Below are positions 19,756 to 29,499 of a DNA stretch of 64,000 bases, piece after piece. This stretch comes from Candidatus Dojkabacteria bacterium (lineage in GTDB: Bacteria; Patescibacteriota; Dojkabacteria; J137). Both the position numbers and the translations under genes were made by a program. The DNA lies in assembly GCA_030950485.1 (NCBI GenBank), contig JAUZRK010000003.1, positions 20,228 to 84,227 on the forward strand. The letters run 5' to 3'. The notes beneath the pieces are model-generated. The model had not been told where the DNA came from. It saw only the letters and a program-made list of their open reading frames with translations, and made no database searches. Within the stretch, counting starts at the first letter, position 1; each line of letters starts with the position of its first letter.

Positions 19756-19764
19756 ATGATAACA
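19756..19764 (-). promoter_or_regulatory. Extended -10 promoter giving a leaderless leader-peptide transcript
   Basis: Minus strand TGtTATCAT ends 6 nt before the GTG. Confidence 0.55.
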
Positions 19765-19837
19765 GAAAGTTTAAATATTTAAAATATTTTTCACTAATAT
19801 TTACAGATAGTCTTATGTACTGCCTTATAGATATAGC

Positions 19838-20742
19838 TTATAAGTCTCTATTCTTCGATATATCAACGACTAGTTTTTTAAGCTCACTGATAGAAATATG
19901 CTGCCCAGTATCTGTTTTAGATGTACCAACTTCTATTAAAATCCCATCATATAAAAATCCGCTTTCATTCAACTTCATATTAGCTGCATCAATCGTAGCA
20001 TCTAAAATACTGTCTCTCATTCTTGGACCATAGGCATGGCTTGGGTCAAAGTACAACTTACAACCGGTTCTCTTTTTTACTCTAGCTGCATGATTATGCA
20101 TAGGATAATTTCTATAGTCAGCTTTTTCTGGAATATCAAATCCTCTATGAATCAATACCGTGTGATTCTTATTATCAGAGTAACTAAGCCTTCCCAAGCA
20201 CTCTCAATAGGAGTTTTTAACTCAGAATTTTTATAATTATCTGCAACTTCAATATGTTCACCAACCCATTTCCCATTTTTTAATCCAACTACCCATTCAT
20301 TTTCTTTTGCAACAGCACTCATTTGCATTACTTGCCAGCCTAGTTGATTTACAGAAGGGTTCCAAATCATAACTTTTTGCTTTGGTAATTCTCTTGAGAG
20401 AACAGGTAACTGTACTATTGGCATCATTATTTCTGTAGCAATATTCAAACCTGTCTTTTTAATTATTTCTTTTGCAATTTCTATACTTGGTGGAATTTGA
20501 AAATCTTTAATATTCCCTCCCTTTGGTAGAAGTTGGAAATTGTACATTAAAGTTTCGTAATCCATTCCCATTCCCTCTCCTGACTTATCTAAAACTGTTC
20601 TAGATTTAAGACCTACAATTCTTGTTCCTGTAATTGCCATTTTGCCATTAATCTCTATCTTTGCAATTTCTAAAATCTCCTTTTTATTATTATCTATAGA
20701 ACATGGTCCCGCATAAATTGAGAACTTTTTATTTTTAATCAT
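19838..20742 (-). pseudogene. DAHP synthase I-beta-like, split by frameshift near 20180
   Basis: AGPCSI, KSRT, ATEIM, LKNG in ORF 20152-20742; LIHRGF, YRNYP, FDPSH, DGILIEV in overlapping ORF 19838-20197. Confidence 0.78.
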
Positions 20743-20931
20743 AAATACTATTTAAAAACTATAATTGATTATTCAACCTTTTTTAATGACTAAATCTTCA
20801 TAGTAACATTCTATTAGAAATGTTAAACGATAGAAAGGTACATTTAGAATGTCTTTGAAATGTGACAGAAAAAATATTAATCTATATTTGGAAAAAAACC
20901 CACTCTATACTTTATATATTAATTTTCAAAT

Positions 20932-21171
20932 ATGGATCATTCAGTAATAAAAGATCTCCTTTGGAGAGCTCTAACAGATACATCTTTTAGAGAAATTTTA
21001 GTTAGTGATTTTGAATCAGCAGTTAAGGATCATGAGTTATCTGATGAGGATAAAGCTTTACTAAAAAAAGTAGTTAACGATAAACCAGGTCAAATCGACG
21101 ATCTTGGAAGTTATCTTTCTCAAGTTCTAAGCGAAAGAGATAACAAAGGGTTCATTATGGCTGGTGGGTGA
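20932..21171 (+). CDS. NHLP-clan (Os1348/Franean1_4349-like) RiPP precursor-type small protein
   Basis: LLWRALTDTSFREILVSD...HELSDEDKALL leader pattern (RAxxDxxFR..L..D....LS.ED), LSERDNK then short tail GFIMAGG. Confidence 0.68.
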   Translation: MDHSVIKDLLWRALTDTSFREILVSDFESAVKDHELSDEDKALLKKVVNDKPGQIDDLGSYLSQVLSERDNKGFIMAGG

Positions 21172-21179
21172 TTAATCTA

Positions 21180-24100
21180 CTATAATTCCAAGAAATCCTC
21201 AGTTTTTGGTCGTATTAATTTATTAAATACAATCTTAAAAAGCTGAGGATTTTCTATCTTTATTCCGTCTATATCTTTTATAGAATCTATAAATTCATCG
21301 TATGATGATATATTAGCTTTAATTTTTATCTTTTCTTCCCCCATATTTATTTCGAATACAGCAAATGTTTTGTCACCTTCATTTATATCTACTATTCCAT
21401 TATTTATATCTATAAACTCACCCAAGATAAATCTTACTTTTGACATGTCATACCTATGAAACGCCGAAGTAACAGCGAGCTGTGGAGAAAGCGCAAATAC
21501 TCTATCAAGCTGATCTAATAGCCTGTCGATATCTCCAGGAACCATTTCTAATGGTAAAGACTTTATTAAATTCATATATAAATTAGCTTTGGTCTCCTTA
21601 TTTCCTGGAATTCTATGAATAAATTCAGGGTAAAGAAAAAGCATACTTGCTAAGTTTGATGAAACATTAGCAACTCTCTGTCTCATAGATTCATCTTCTG
21701 ATTGACCTAGCATTGATAAGACTTGTAATAAGTTAGTAAGGGCATTTAACCTTACTTTAGAAAATTCCATGACGATAACTTCAGGCAAAAGTCTAATCAT
21801 GTCAGAATAGATATCCGAGATTTCAACTCCCGCATAAAATGCTACTACTGGTTGATTAGTAATCAGTTGAGCTTTAGATCTTGCTGGTATCAAAGTACTC
21901 TTAATCAATATATCTAATTTCTCAGGTGCTGTTTTAGCTTCTACCAGTTGTTGTAAAAGATCAACATTCTTAGGCCTTTTAAACATAGGTTCGTATTTTT
22001 GTTTAATTAAATCTATAACCCTACCTTCTTGTTCAACATCTCCATACATAGTGTAAAGAGAAGCTAATGTAATGCCAAAAGCTCTTAGGTCCTTAGCGTT
22101 AATTATTTCGTCTACAGATTGCTCTAAAAACTGAAGCGCTGTTGCATCTTTTTCTCCCTCTTCTTTTAATGCTTTATATGAATCATATAATAATATAGCC
22201 TTAATCCTTGGATTAGTTTTGCATAACTCATAAAACTTTTCTTCAGACTCACTCATTGATTGCTTAAGTCTCAAAGGCATTAGCTTATATTGGTAGCTTA
22301 CTGCTAATCGACCTATAACTTCAGCAGAATTCTCGTCAATTTCACCAGCATAATTGGCAATAGTATTAATTAATTTAATTAGCCTTTGACTATTAGAGAC
22401 TTCAATCCAAGATCCATCAACAGTTTCATTTAATTCTTTCCATTCAGTGTACAAACTAGCCTTAAATACCAAATCTGGGTTATCCAAAGCATTTAAATCA
22501 ACTCTATCTATAAAATTGAATGTAGATTCACCATTTACAAATGCCTTTTCTGCAAGATCTAAAAAAATCATTGAACTTTCAGCTTTTAGGTTAATATATT
22601 CTTCATTCGCCTCTAGGCGTCTAAACTGATCAGCCGTATTATCTAGAAATTGTGCATACACTAAATTATCACCATTAAAAAGAGAAACGTCATTTTCTTT
22701 TACATCTATTGGTGAAACTTCTAGTGTCCCTTGATAAAATTCGTTAGGAAGAATTCTTATACTCCCATCTGCTTCTTCAAATCTTCTAATCGCCTCGATA
22801 CTTTCCAAATAATCTAATTGAGCTCCTAATGTTTCATTTGAATCTACTTCTAAAATCCTACTAAGTGTGTTTAACTTTATACCTAATTGAAAACCTCCGT
22901 AAGCAGCTTCTAGTACTTTTACTCTTATTTCATCCTGTTTCGTAAATTGTTTGTCTCTAAGTTGATTATAAAGAATCTGAATATAGGTAGAATTGCCATC
23001 TCTAATAGAAGCATTATTATATCCGTATTCCTGTCTTCCATGCATTGCTTCTAATTTTGCGAGATATATACTAGCCTCCGACCATCTTTCATTTTCAATA
23101 AAAAGCGTAAGAGTTCTATCAAAATACATTCTAGGTAAGTGATGTATGTGTGATTCAAGAAACTCTTGTGCATTTATAAATTCTCGTTTAGCTTCAAAAT
23201 CAACATCAACTAAGAAAATGTGATAATTTCCTTCTGTTCTGAAGTGAGACACATCACCATCAATTCCTAAATTGTCATTAATGCTACAAGCTATTCTAAT
23301 TCCTGGTTCTCCTCCAGCCTTGATCATATGTCCTGCGGCTCCCCCTAAAGCATTTACATGAATATTAAATTGTGGCGAATTATAGAATCGAAAAGGTATA
23401 GCATTATCAACTGCTGCGGTTATTCTATAGTTTTCATCTAGACGATTATCATGGAGAACCCTAAGTACTTTAGAGATCTCTGCAGTTTGAGCCTCCAGAA
23501 TAATAAAACCATCTGCTCTAACTTTAACATCGTAGCCTAGTAATCTTGCTTTAGACACAGCCTCTAAAATACTCTGCCTGAATTCTTCATCATAATCATC
23601 TCCATTAACATTTCCAATAAAAATAATACTCTGTCCCGCATCTACCTTATCAGCTATTACAATTTCCTGAGTAGCAGTTTTTATATTTTGAACTATCGTA
23701 GTTTTCCAGCTATCTTCAATACTACCTGCTCGAACTTTTAATTCCTGCTTATTTTGCCATATGGATTTAGCACCTACTTTTAAGTGCACATGTGTATCAT
23801 TATGTGCTTTTAATGATTTCAAATTCTTATCTACTTCTTTACTTCTAGTTTCACAGATAATCCCTACTTTATCAGGAGTATTTACATTTCCTATAGCATT
23901 AAAAGTTGTAGTTAATGAATCGCCCTCGGTTGTCCATCTTAGGTCATCTAATATACCAGGATTTAAAGCTATAAGAATGTCATCTAGATGTTCTACGTAG
24001 CCTAAAATCTCTTCCTCACTTCCATAGAAATGAATCCAAGGACTATCTCCCATTACGTCTACTATTACTGCTTTAGCAGCGCATACTTGCCCAGATCTAT

Positions 24101-24527
24101 TTAATTTATCTATAACCATTCCCAAATTACCAAAAGAGCTTCGATATAAGTTTATACCTCTCTCTACTTGTTTCTTACTAAAACCAACTCCATCAATTTC
24201 CCTCATAGCTTGAGGTCTAACATTTTCAGCTAGACTTCTCGCAGCATGTAGATCCCCATCGCTTTGATAATATACGAGAGTTAAATATATTCTTTCTGGA
24301 GAATAACCGTTGCTAGAACAAAAAGCTAATAAGTTATCAATGTCTAGTATAGCCACTTCAGAACCTTCACCAAATGCTCTAGAAAACAAATCAGGATTTT
24401 GCTCATGTATTTCATTAATTGCAGCTAGTGGATCTAACCTAAAATTGTCTAATACCTCTGTCTCAAACTTCCCATTTTCAGACGTTTCACTATAAAGCAG
24501 ATCTTCAGCATCTCTTTTATCTGACAT
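21180..24527 (-). CDS. 1115-aa protein: degenerate tandem class III nucleotidyl cyclase-like domains, winged-helix-like segment, helical/TPR-like C terminus
   Basis: VIVDVMGDS, TEGDSLTTTF, HLKVG, RADGFIIL, AAGHMIKAGGEPGIRI; helical C-terminal half; no P-loop seen. Confidence 0.5.
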   Translation of the reverse strand: MSDKRDAEDLLYSETSENGKFETEVLDNFRLDPLAAINEIHEQNPDLFSRAFGEGSEVAILDIDNLLAFCSSNGYSPERIYLTLVYYQSDGDLHAARSLAENVRPQAMREIDGVGFSKKQVERGINLYRSSFGNLGMVIDKLNRSGQVCAAKAVIVDVMGDSPWIHFYGSEEEILGYVEHLDDILIALNPGILDDLRWTTEGDSLTTTFNAIGNVNTPDKVGIICETRSKEVDKNLKSLKAHNDTHVHLKVGAKSIWQNKQELKVRAGSIEDSWKTTIVQNIKTATQEIVIADKVDAGQSIIFIGNVNGDDYDEEFRQSILEAVSKARLLGYDVKVRADGFIILEAQTAEISKVLRVLHDNRLDENYRITAAVDNAIPFRFYNSPQFNIHVNALGGAAGHMIKAGGEPGIRIACSINDNLGIDGDVSHFRTEGNYHIFLVDVDFEAKREFINAQEFLESHIHHLPRMYFDRTLTLFIENERWSEASIYLAKLEAMHGRQEYGYNNASIRDGNSTYIQILYNQLRDKQFTKQDEIRVKVLEAAYGGFQLGIKLNTLSRILEVDSNETLGAQLDYLESIEAIRRFEEADGSIRILPNEFYQGTLEVSPIDVKENDVSLFNGDNLVYAQFLDNTADQFRRLEANEEYINLKAESSMIFLDLAEKAFVNGESTFNFIDRVDLNALDNPDLVFKASLYTEWKELNETVDGSWIEVSNSQRLIKLINTIANYAGEIDENSAEVIGRLAVSYQYKLMPLRLKQSMSESEEKFYELCKTNPRIKAILLYDSYKALKEEGEKDATALQFLEQSVDEIINAKDLRAFGITLASLYTMYGDVEQEGRVIDLIKQKYEPMFKRPKNVDLLQQLVEAKTAPEKLDILIKSTLIPARSKAQLITNQPVVAFYAGVEISDIYSDMIRLLPEVIVMEFSKVRLNALTNLLQVLSMLGQSEDESMRQRVANVSSNLASMLFLYPEFIHRIPGNKETKANLYMNLIKSLPLEMVPGDIDRLLDQLDRVFALSPQLAVTSAFHRYDMSKVRFILGEFIDINNGIVDINEGDKTFAVFEINMGEEKIKIKANISSYDEFIDSIKDIDGIKIENPQLFKIVFNKLIRPKTEDFLEL

Positions 24528-24599
24528 ATAGTTGAAAGATTCAATAAATAGTATATTATATGGCTAGGATAAGTCCCAAACTCAACGAATTATAGCAAG

Positions 24600-25739
24600 A
24601 TGTTCCGTCATCTCCAAATAACAATGACAAAGAGAAATTACAACTGGCAGAGCAATATAACAATAAACGAAAATTTTTATCTAGACAGGGGTGACAGACT
24701 TGGAAAAGATAAAAACTCGTCACATTATTTCCTTATAGATTCTAATAGCTCTAAAAGAGTTTTGATTTCACCTAACGAAGCTTTTATATGGTTAGAGTTA
24801 AAGGAGAACGGTGATGTGAAAGAGGTTCTATTAAACTATCTTAAAACATTTAATAAGATTGATTATGAACTCTTTGAGAATATTTTAGATAAATGGGCAG
24901 ACGAGGGTATTATCTCAGGAAAAAGCTTAAATATTCATGTTAAGGAAAAAAAGATTGTAGCTAAAAATTTTATACACTATATCTATCTGGTATCAAACTT
25001 AAGTATAAATATAAGCCTATTATCAAAGTTAATAAATAATACATATAAACTCATACCAAAGTTTATGTTTTCCAAATTCGTATCTTTGGGCAGTATTCTT
25101 ATAGCTACAATAATAAACTTTTTCTATCTATCAACATTTATAATACAAGGAGAAGACACTTTCAAATCAGATAACGTTGCATCTTCGTCTTCGCTATTAA
25201 GTCTTCTACTCATTCCTATGATAACAATCATAGTGCATGAACTTGGACATGGGCTTGCTCTTAGCCATATTGGGCTTAAAGTTAAACGAAGCGGATTTAG
25301 GCTTGTTTTCGGTATTCCAGTATTCTTTGTCGATACGTCTGATTCTTGGATGAAGAAGGCATATAAAAGAATATTTGTAACTGCTGCGGGGCTTATAGTT
25401 AATTATTTATTAGCTGCAATTAGTTTATTCATTGTAATTTTAAATACTAATTCCTCTATAGATTTATTTTTCATGGCGTTAGCTATTACGAATCTTCTAA
25501 CATTAGCCATCAACCTGATTCCTTTCCTTGATTTTGATGGATACTACCTTTTAATAGACTCTTTTAATTTACCAAATCTAAAAAATGAATCATTTAGAAT
25601 TCTTCTAAGATTTATAGGGGATCATAAAATATCTAGGAATGAAATTCTGTTTTTATTTTTCAGCTTATTTTGGACAATCTTTCTTGCGGCGTTCATTACC
25701 TTTATGTTCTTACAAATATCAGGCCTAATTTTAAATTAA
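24600..25739 (+). CDS. M50 (site-2) intramembrane metalloprotease with N-terminal RRE/PqqD-like domain
   Basis: HELGH, FFVDTSDSW, AAG, NLIPFLDFDGYY; N-terminal strand-strand-helix3 pattern (YFLID...ISPNEAFIWLELK...ILDKWADEGII). Confidence 0.82.
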   Translation: MFRHLQITMTKRNYNWQSNITINENFYLDRGDRLGKDKNSSHYFLIDSNSSKRVLISPNEAFIWLELKENGDVKEVLLNYLKTFNKIDYELFENILDKWADEGIISGKSLNIHVKEKKIVAKNFIHYIYLVSNLSINISLLSKLINNTYKLIPKFMFSKFVSLGSILIATIINFFYLSTFIIQGEDTFKSDNVASSSSLLSLLLIPMITIIVHELGHGLALSHIGLKVKRSGFRLVFGIPVFFVDTSDSWMKKAYKRIFVTAAGLIVNYLLAAISLFIVILNTNSSIDLFFMALAITNLLTLAINLIPFLDFDGYYLLIDSFNLPNLKNESFRILLRFIGDHKISRNEILFLFFSLFWTIFLAAFITFMFLQISGLILN

Positions 25740-25781
25740 TTCCTATTCCTGATAAACTAAATTATATTTATATAATAATTA

Positions 25782-26228
25782 ATGAATAGATCGAATAGCC
25801 AACTTGTTTTTGTGATAGGTGGCTTGCTACTTATAGCAGCTGCTCTTCTTTTTTTAACTTTTGACAGTGTCGATTCTACTGTAAGCAAAGATGATAGTAA
25901 AAATACAGCTGATCTTAATAAAAGTGCTCCTACAAGAGAAGGAGATATAGTCTCTCATATCGTAGATGGTTTTTATCTAGAAGCTGAGTTTAAAGGAGGT
26001 AATTCATGGGACTTTGTAATTAATGGAAGTGTGCCTAATCCCTGTTATACATATGATACTGAAGTTATTATTGCTGAAAGCTTTCCAGAACAAGTCACTG
26101 TAAATTTAGATGTAAATAAACCAGCAGAAGGTCTTATATGTACTCAAGTAATTGAAGAAGTAACTATAAATGGAAGTTACCAAGCAGATGAAAACTCAAC
26201 AGTTAGACTTAAAGTAAATAGAAAGTAA
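25782..26228 (+). CDS. Membrane-anchored small beta-domain protein with Cys pair
   Basis: N-terminal TM; PNPCY...ESFPEQV...ICTQV. Confidence 0.7.
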   Translation: MNRSNSQLVFVIGGLLLIAAALLFLTFDSVDSTVSKDDSKNTADLNKSAPTREGDIVSHIVDGFYLEAEFKGGNSWDFVINGSVPNPCYTYDTEVIIAESFPEQVTVNLDVNKPAEGLICTQVIEEVTINGSYQADENSTVRLKVNRK

Positions 26229-26294
26229 CTAACGTATTTCAATAGTACTTTTGAATTTAAGACTTGTAAATTTTTACAGTTCTTTTTTATAACA

Positions 26295-27929
26295 TTACTC
26301 TTTCAATAAATTTCTCAGACTCCAAACTATTGAAATTATAAATATTATAAAAAGAAGTGATGCTATATCTATTCCTAGCAATAATCTCGTTTTCTCAGTT
26401 ATAACCATCATCATGAAACCTAAGAAACTCAGTGTAGATGTAAATAGAACAGCTTCGATTTTTAATTTATATTTATCCTGTTTATTCTTTTCATTGTCAG
26501 TTTGATTGACGTTTATTTTTATACCATCTTCTGTTAATCCTTTAAGCATTTTAGCTGAATCTTTTGGAATACTTGTTATATTCTCTTTCCAATCAAGTAA
26601 ACCTCTATATGCCTTTGCCATGTCTTTCTTAAAGTTATCGGTATTAAGGTAGTTCAACGGCATATTCATTTGTTCCTTTTCAAATAATGGTTTCATCATT
26701 TCTAAAATATTAGAAGTCGGAGCTACTATTTGAAGCATCCCATCATATATTGCTAATACTTTACCTAATAGAACAAGATACATTGGAAACTGAATCCCTA
26801 GTTTTGTCGAAACAAACATAGCTTCAGTAAAAGCTGCAGTAGGGCTATAACTTTCTGCAATTGATGTTTCTAATTTATCAACAATCTTCTTCAGCTCTTT
26901 TGCTATTACATCTTTAGGCTCAGCACCTTCTTCTTGGTCGAATTTTAGTACAGCTTCTGTAAGGCCTAAATAATCACCTGAAATTAACGCAAATGCTATA
27001 TTTTTAAATTCTTCTACTTGAGTTTTAGTTATCATAGTCACTATCCCAAAATCTATGTATGAAATTTTATTAGGTTCATTCAAAATAATATTTGATGGGT
27101 GTGGGTCTGCATGAACTAATCCATAGGTAAATATTTGACGATATATATTTGTCGTGAATAAATCCAAAATCATTTTCCTACTATAAATTTTACCTTTATA
27201 AGGCTGTTCATCACTACCTGTGTATTTAAATAAGTCTAGAAGCTCTTTTATTGATGGACCTTCAATAAACTCAGTAACCAGGATTTTATCAGTAGAGTAT
27301 TCTCTATATACCTTTGGTGTATGGGTATTTGTATCATTTTGAAAATTTTCTCTAAATTTCTCCATACTAGAAGCTTCTATACTATAGTCAAGTTCGTTTA
27401 ACGTCCAATTTTCGAACTCCTTTATTAATTCACCTAGTTGGAGTTGCTTTATCTGGGGAATGAATGCACTTAATTTAACGATATTTTTTAGTATACCTAC
27501 ATCCTCCCTAATGAGCTTTTCCATTCCAGGTTTCTGTATCTTAATTGCTACTTTCTCATTCTCGCTTAGATAACCTATATGGACTTGTCCTAACGAAGCC
27601 ACAGCTATCGCAGTATCATCAATTGCCTCAAGAATATGACTTGCATTCTCCCCAAGTTCCTCAGAAATTAAATTCTCTACTATTTCAAATTCAATCGGTT
27701 CTCCTGAATCTAGTAAGACCTGTAGTTCTTTACACGTAATCTTATGTAGTAGATCATACCTTACACTTAACATTTGACCAAACTTAATATAAGTTGGTCC
27801 TAGTTCAGTGATTATTTGCCTTAACTCTATACTTTTAGCCTTTATTTCAGGATTACCTAGCTTGTGACCTTGGCTGAGTAAAGGGTATAGCGCTCTTAGA
27901 AATTTTGTTATTTTAAATACAGAGTTCAT
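26295..27929 (-). CDS. ABC1/UbiB/AarF atypical kinase
   Basis: LGPTYIKFGQMLS, ASLGQVH, VAIKIQKP, ELDY..E, HADPHPSN, DFG; two C-terminal TMs. Confidence 0.93.
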   Translation of the reverse strand: MNSVFKITKFLRALYPLLSQGHKLGNPEIKAKSIELRQIITELGPTYIKFGQMLSVRYDLLHKITCKELQVLLDSGEPIEFEIVENLISEELGENASHILEAIDDTAIAVASLGQVHIGYLSENEKVAIKIQKPGMEKLIREDVGILKNIVKLSAFIPQIKQLQLGELIKEFENWTLNELDYSIEASSMEKFRENFQNDTNTHTPKVYREYSTDKILVTEFIEGPSIKELLDLFKYTGSDEQPYKGKIYSRKMILDLFTTNIYRQIFTYGLVHADPHPSNIILNEPNKISYIDFGIVTMITKTQVEEFKNIAFALISGDYLGLTEAVLKFDQEEGAEPKDVIAKELKKIVDKLETSIAESYSPTAAFTEAMFVSTKLGIQFPMYLVLLGKVLAIYDGMLQIVAPTSNILEMMKPLFEKEQMNMPLNYLNTDNFKKDMAKAYRGLLDWKENITSIPKDSAKMLKGLTEDGIKINVNQTDNEKNKQDKYKLKIEAVLFTSTLSFLGFMMMVITEKTRLLLGIDIASLLFIIFIISIVWSLRNLLKE

Positions 27930-27981
27930 CTGATTACATAATACAGTTTTGTCTTCGTTATAGAAAGACTTCTAACTACAA

Positions 27982-28005
27982 AGGCGGCAATTATAATTGC
28001 CGCCT
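27982..28005 (-). terminator. Terminator-like hairpin downstream of ABC-F
   Basis: Perfect palindrome AGGCGGCAATTA/TAATTGCCGCCT just after the stop. Confidence 0.7.
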
Positions 28006-28012
28006 CTTTAAA

Positions 28013-29499
28013 TTAGACTTCGACTAATTCACCTTCTTCTAGTGTTACCACTCTGTCCGGTCCTATATTCTCAGAAAAATATCTATCGTGTGAAATTAAA
28101 ATCATAGCGCCTTTAAATTCTCTAAGTGCTTCTTCAATTACCTCTTTTGTTTTAATATCTAAATGATTAGTTGGCTCATCAAGAATTAAACAATCGTACT
28201 CATGGTAAGTAAAGATTGCGAATGAAAGCCTTGCTCTCTGTCCAGGACTTAATTTACCAATTTTTTGAGACCTTAAATCTTTATCAAAAAGAAATTTTTC
28301 TAATTGTCCGAAAGAACTACTGAAAGAAACATTAGCTTCTCTCATAAAATACTCATCAACTCTCATTTCCATCGGAAGATGTTCTTGATTTTGAGAAAAG
28401 TATTTCCATTTAAGGTTTTCTCCCCATTTTATAGCTCCCTCTACTGGCTTTAGTTCATTAACTAAAAGCTTTATAAAAGTAGATTTACCAGTACCATTAG
28501 GTCCGACTAACCAAATTTTCTCATTTCCATAAATCTCTAGATCTACACCATTAATCAATGGTGTCTTCTCCTCCCCTTGAGGGAAGGCTGGGAGGGGTGA
28601 TGCTCCCCAATCAAAGACTAAGTCATTAACTTCTAAAACTCTCTTAGTTCTACGAACTTCACCTTCAACAGAAATACTTCCTATAAGCTCTTCTTTATAT
28701 GTGCCAATTTCATTTCTACTTACTTCTCTTTTCATTCTTGTTTTGCAGCTCTTACAGCCTTACCTCTTTGCTTAGCATCTTTAAGTTTTCTACTATTTTC
28801 TAAAAGTTTTTCTAACTGCTCTCTCTTTTTTTCTTGAGCTTTAAATAATCTTGCTCTCTCTTCAATATAATAATCTTTCGCTTCAAGAAACTTATCATAG
28901 TTTCCATCCCAGATTCTTAATGTCTGCTCGTCAATTTCAAAAATTTTATTTGTAAGTGAATTTAAAAACATCCTATCGTGTGAGATCATAATAATGATTC
29001 CATCGAAGTCCTTTAGAAAGCCTTCAAGCCAAATGATTCCATTAATATCTAAGTGATTAGTTGGTTCATCAATTAGTAAAACTGTCGGTTCTTTTATTAA
29101 AACTTTTGCAAGATATAATTTCATTTTCTGCCCCGGACTAAGTGTTTTTACTTCATCAAACTCATCCACATCAAGTTCAAGTTTTGCCAATAATCGATCG
29201 ACTTTCCACATATCGGTATAGTGATTCGCTACTAGTGATTCTAAAAACTCTCCTACAAATGTAAGCTTCTCAAAACTTAGGTCTAACTCTTGAGGTAAAT
29301 ATCCAATTTTCTCTTCTTTAGTCAGGCTTACATGCCCTTTATCTGGATCTTCTAACCCTGCTAAAATTTTCATCAAGCTAGTTTTACCGCATCCATTCAG
29401 ACCAACAAGACCTACTCTTTCTTTATTTCCAAGTATGAAATTAACGCCAGTAAAAAGTAGTTTTTTATATTCAATTTGTAAATTCTCAGCTTTTATCAT
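28013..29499 (-). pseudogene. ABC-F family ATPase, split by one-base frameshift near 28740
   Basis: Two NBDs (GLNGCGKTS/LSPGQ/DEPTNHLD/SHDR and GPNGTGKST/LSPGQ/DEPTNHLD/SHDR); adding one A to GCAAAACAAG restores AAKTRMKRE. Confidence 0.85.

Noticed and set aside
19625-19800. T-box riboswitch for the aromatic operon
   Set aside because: No AGGGTGGNACCGCG T-box sequence; the leader-peptide model explains the region
28732-28745. Programmed frameshift in ABC-F
   Set aside because: No clear slippery heptamer with stimulatory structure at the junction; similar single-base indels recur in unrelated genes
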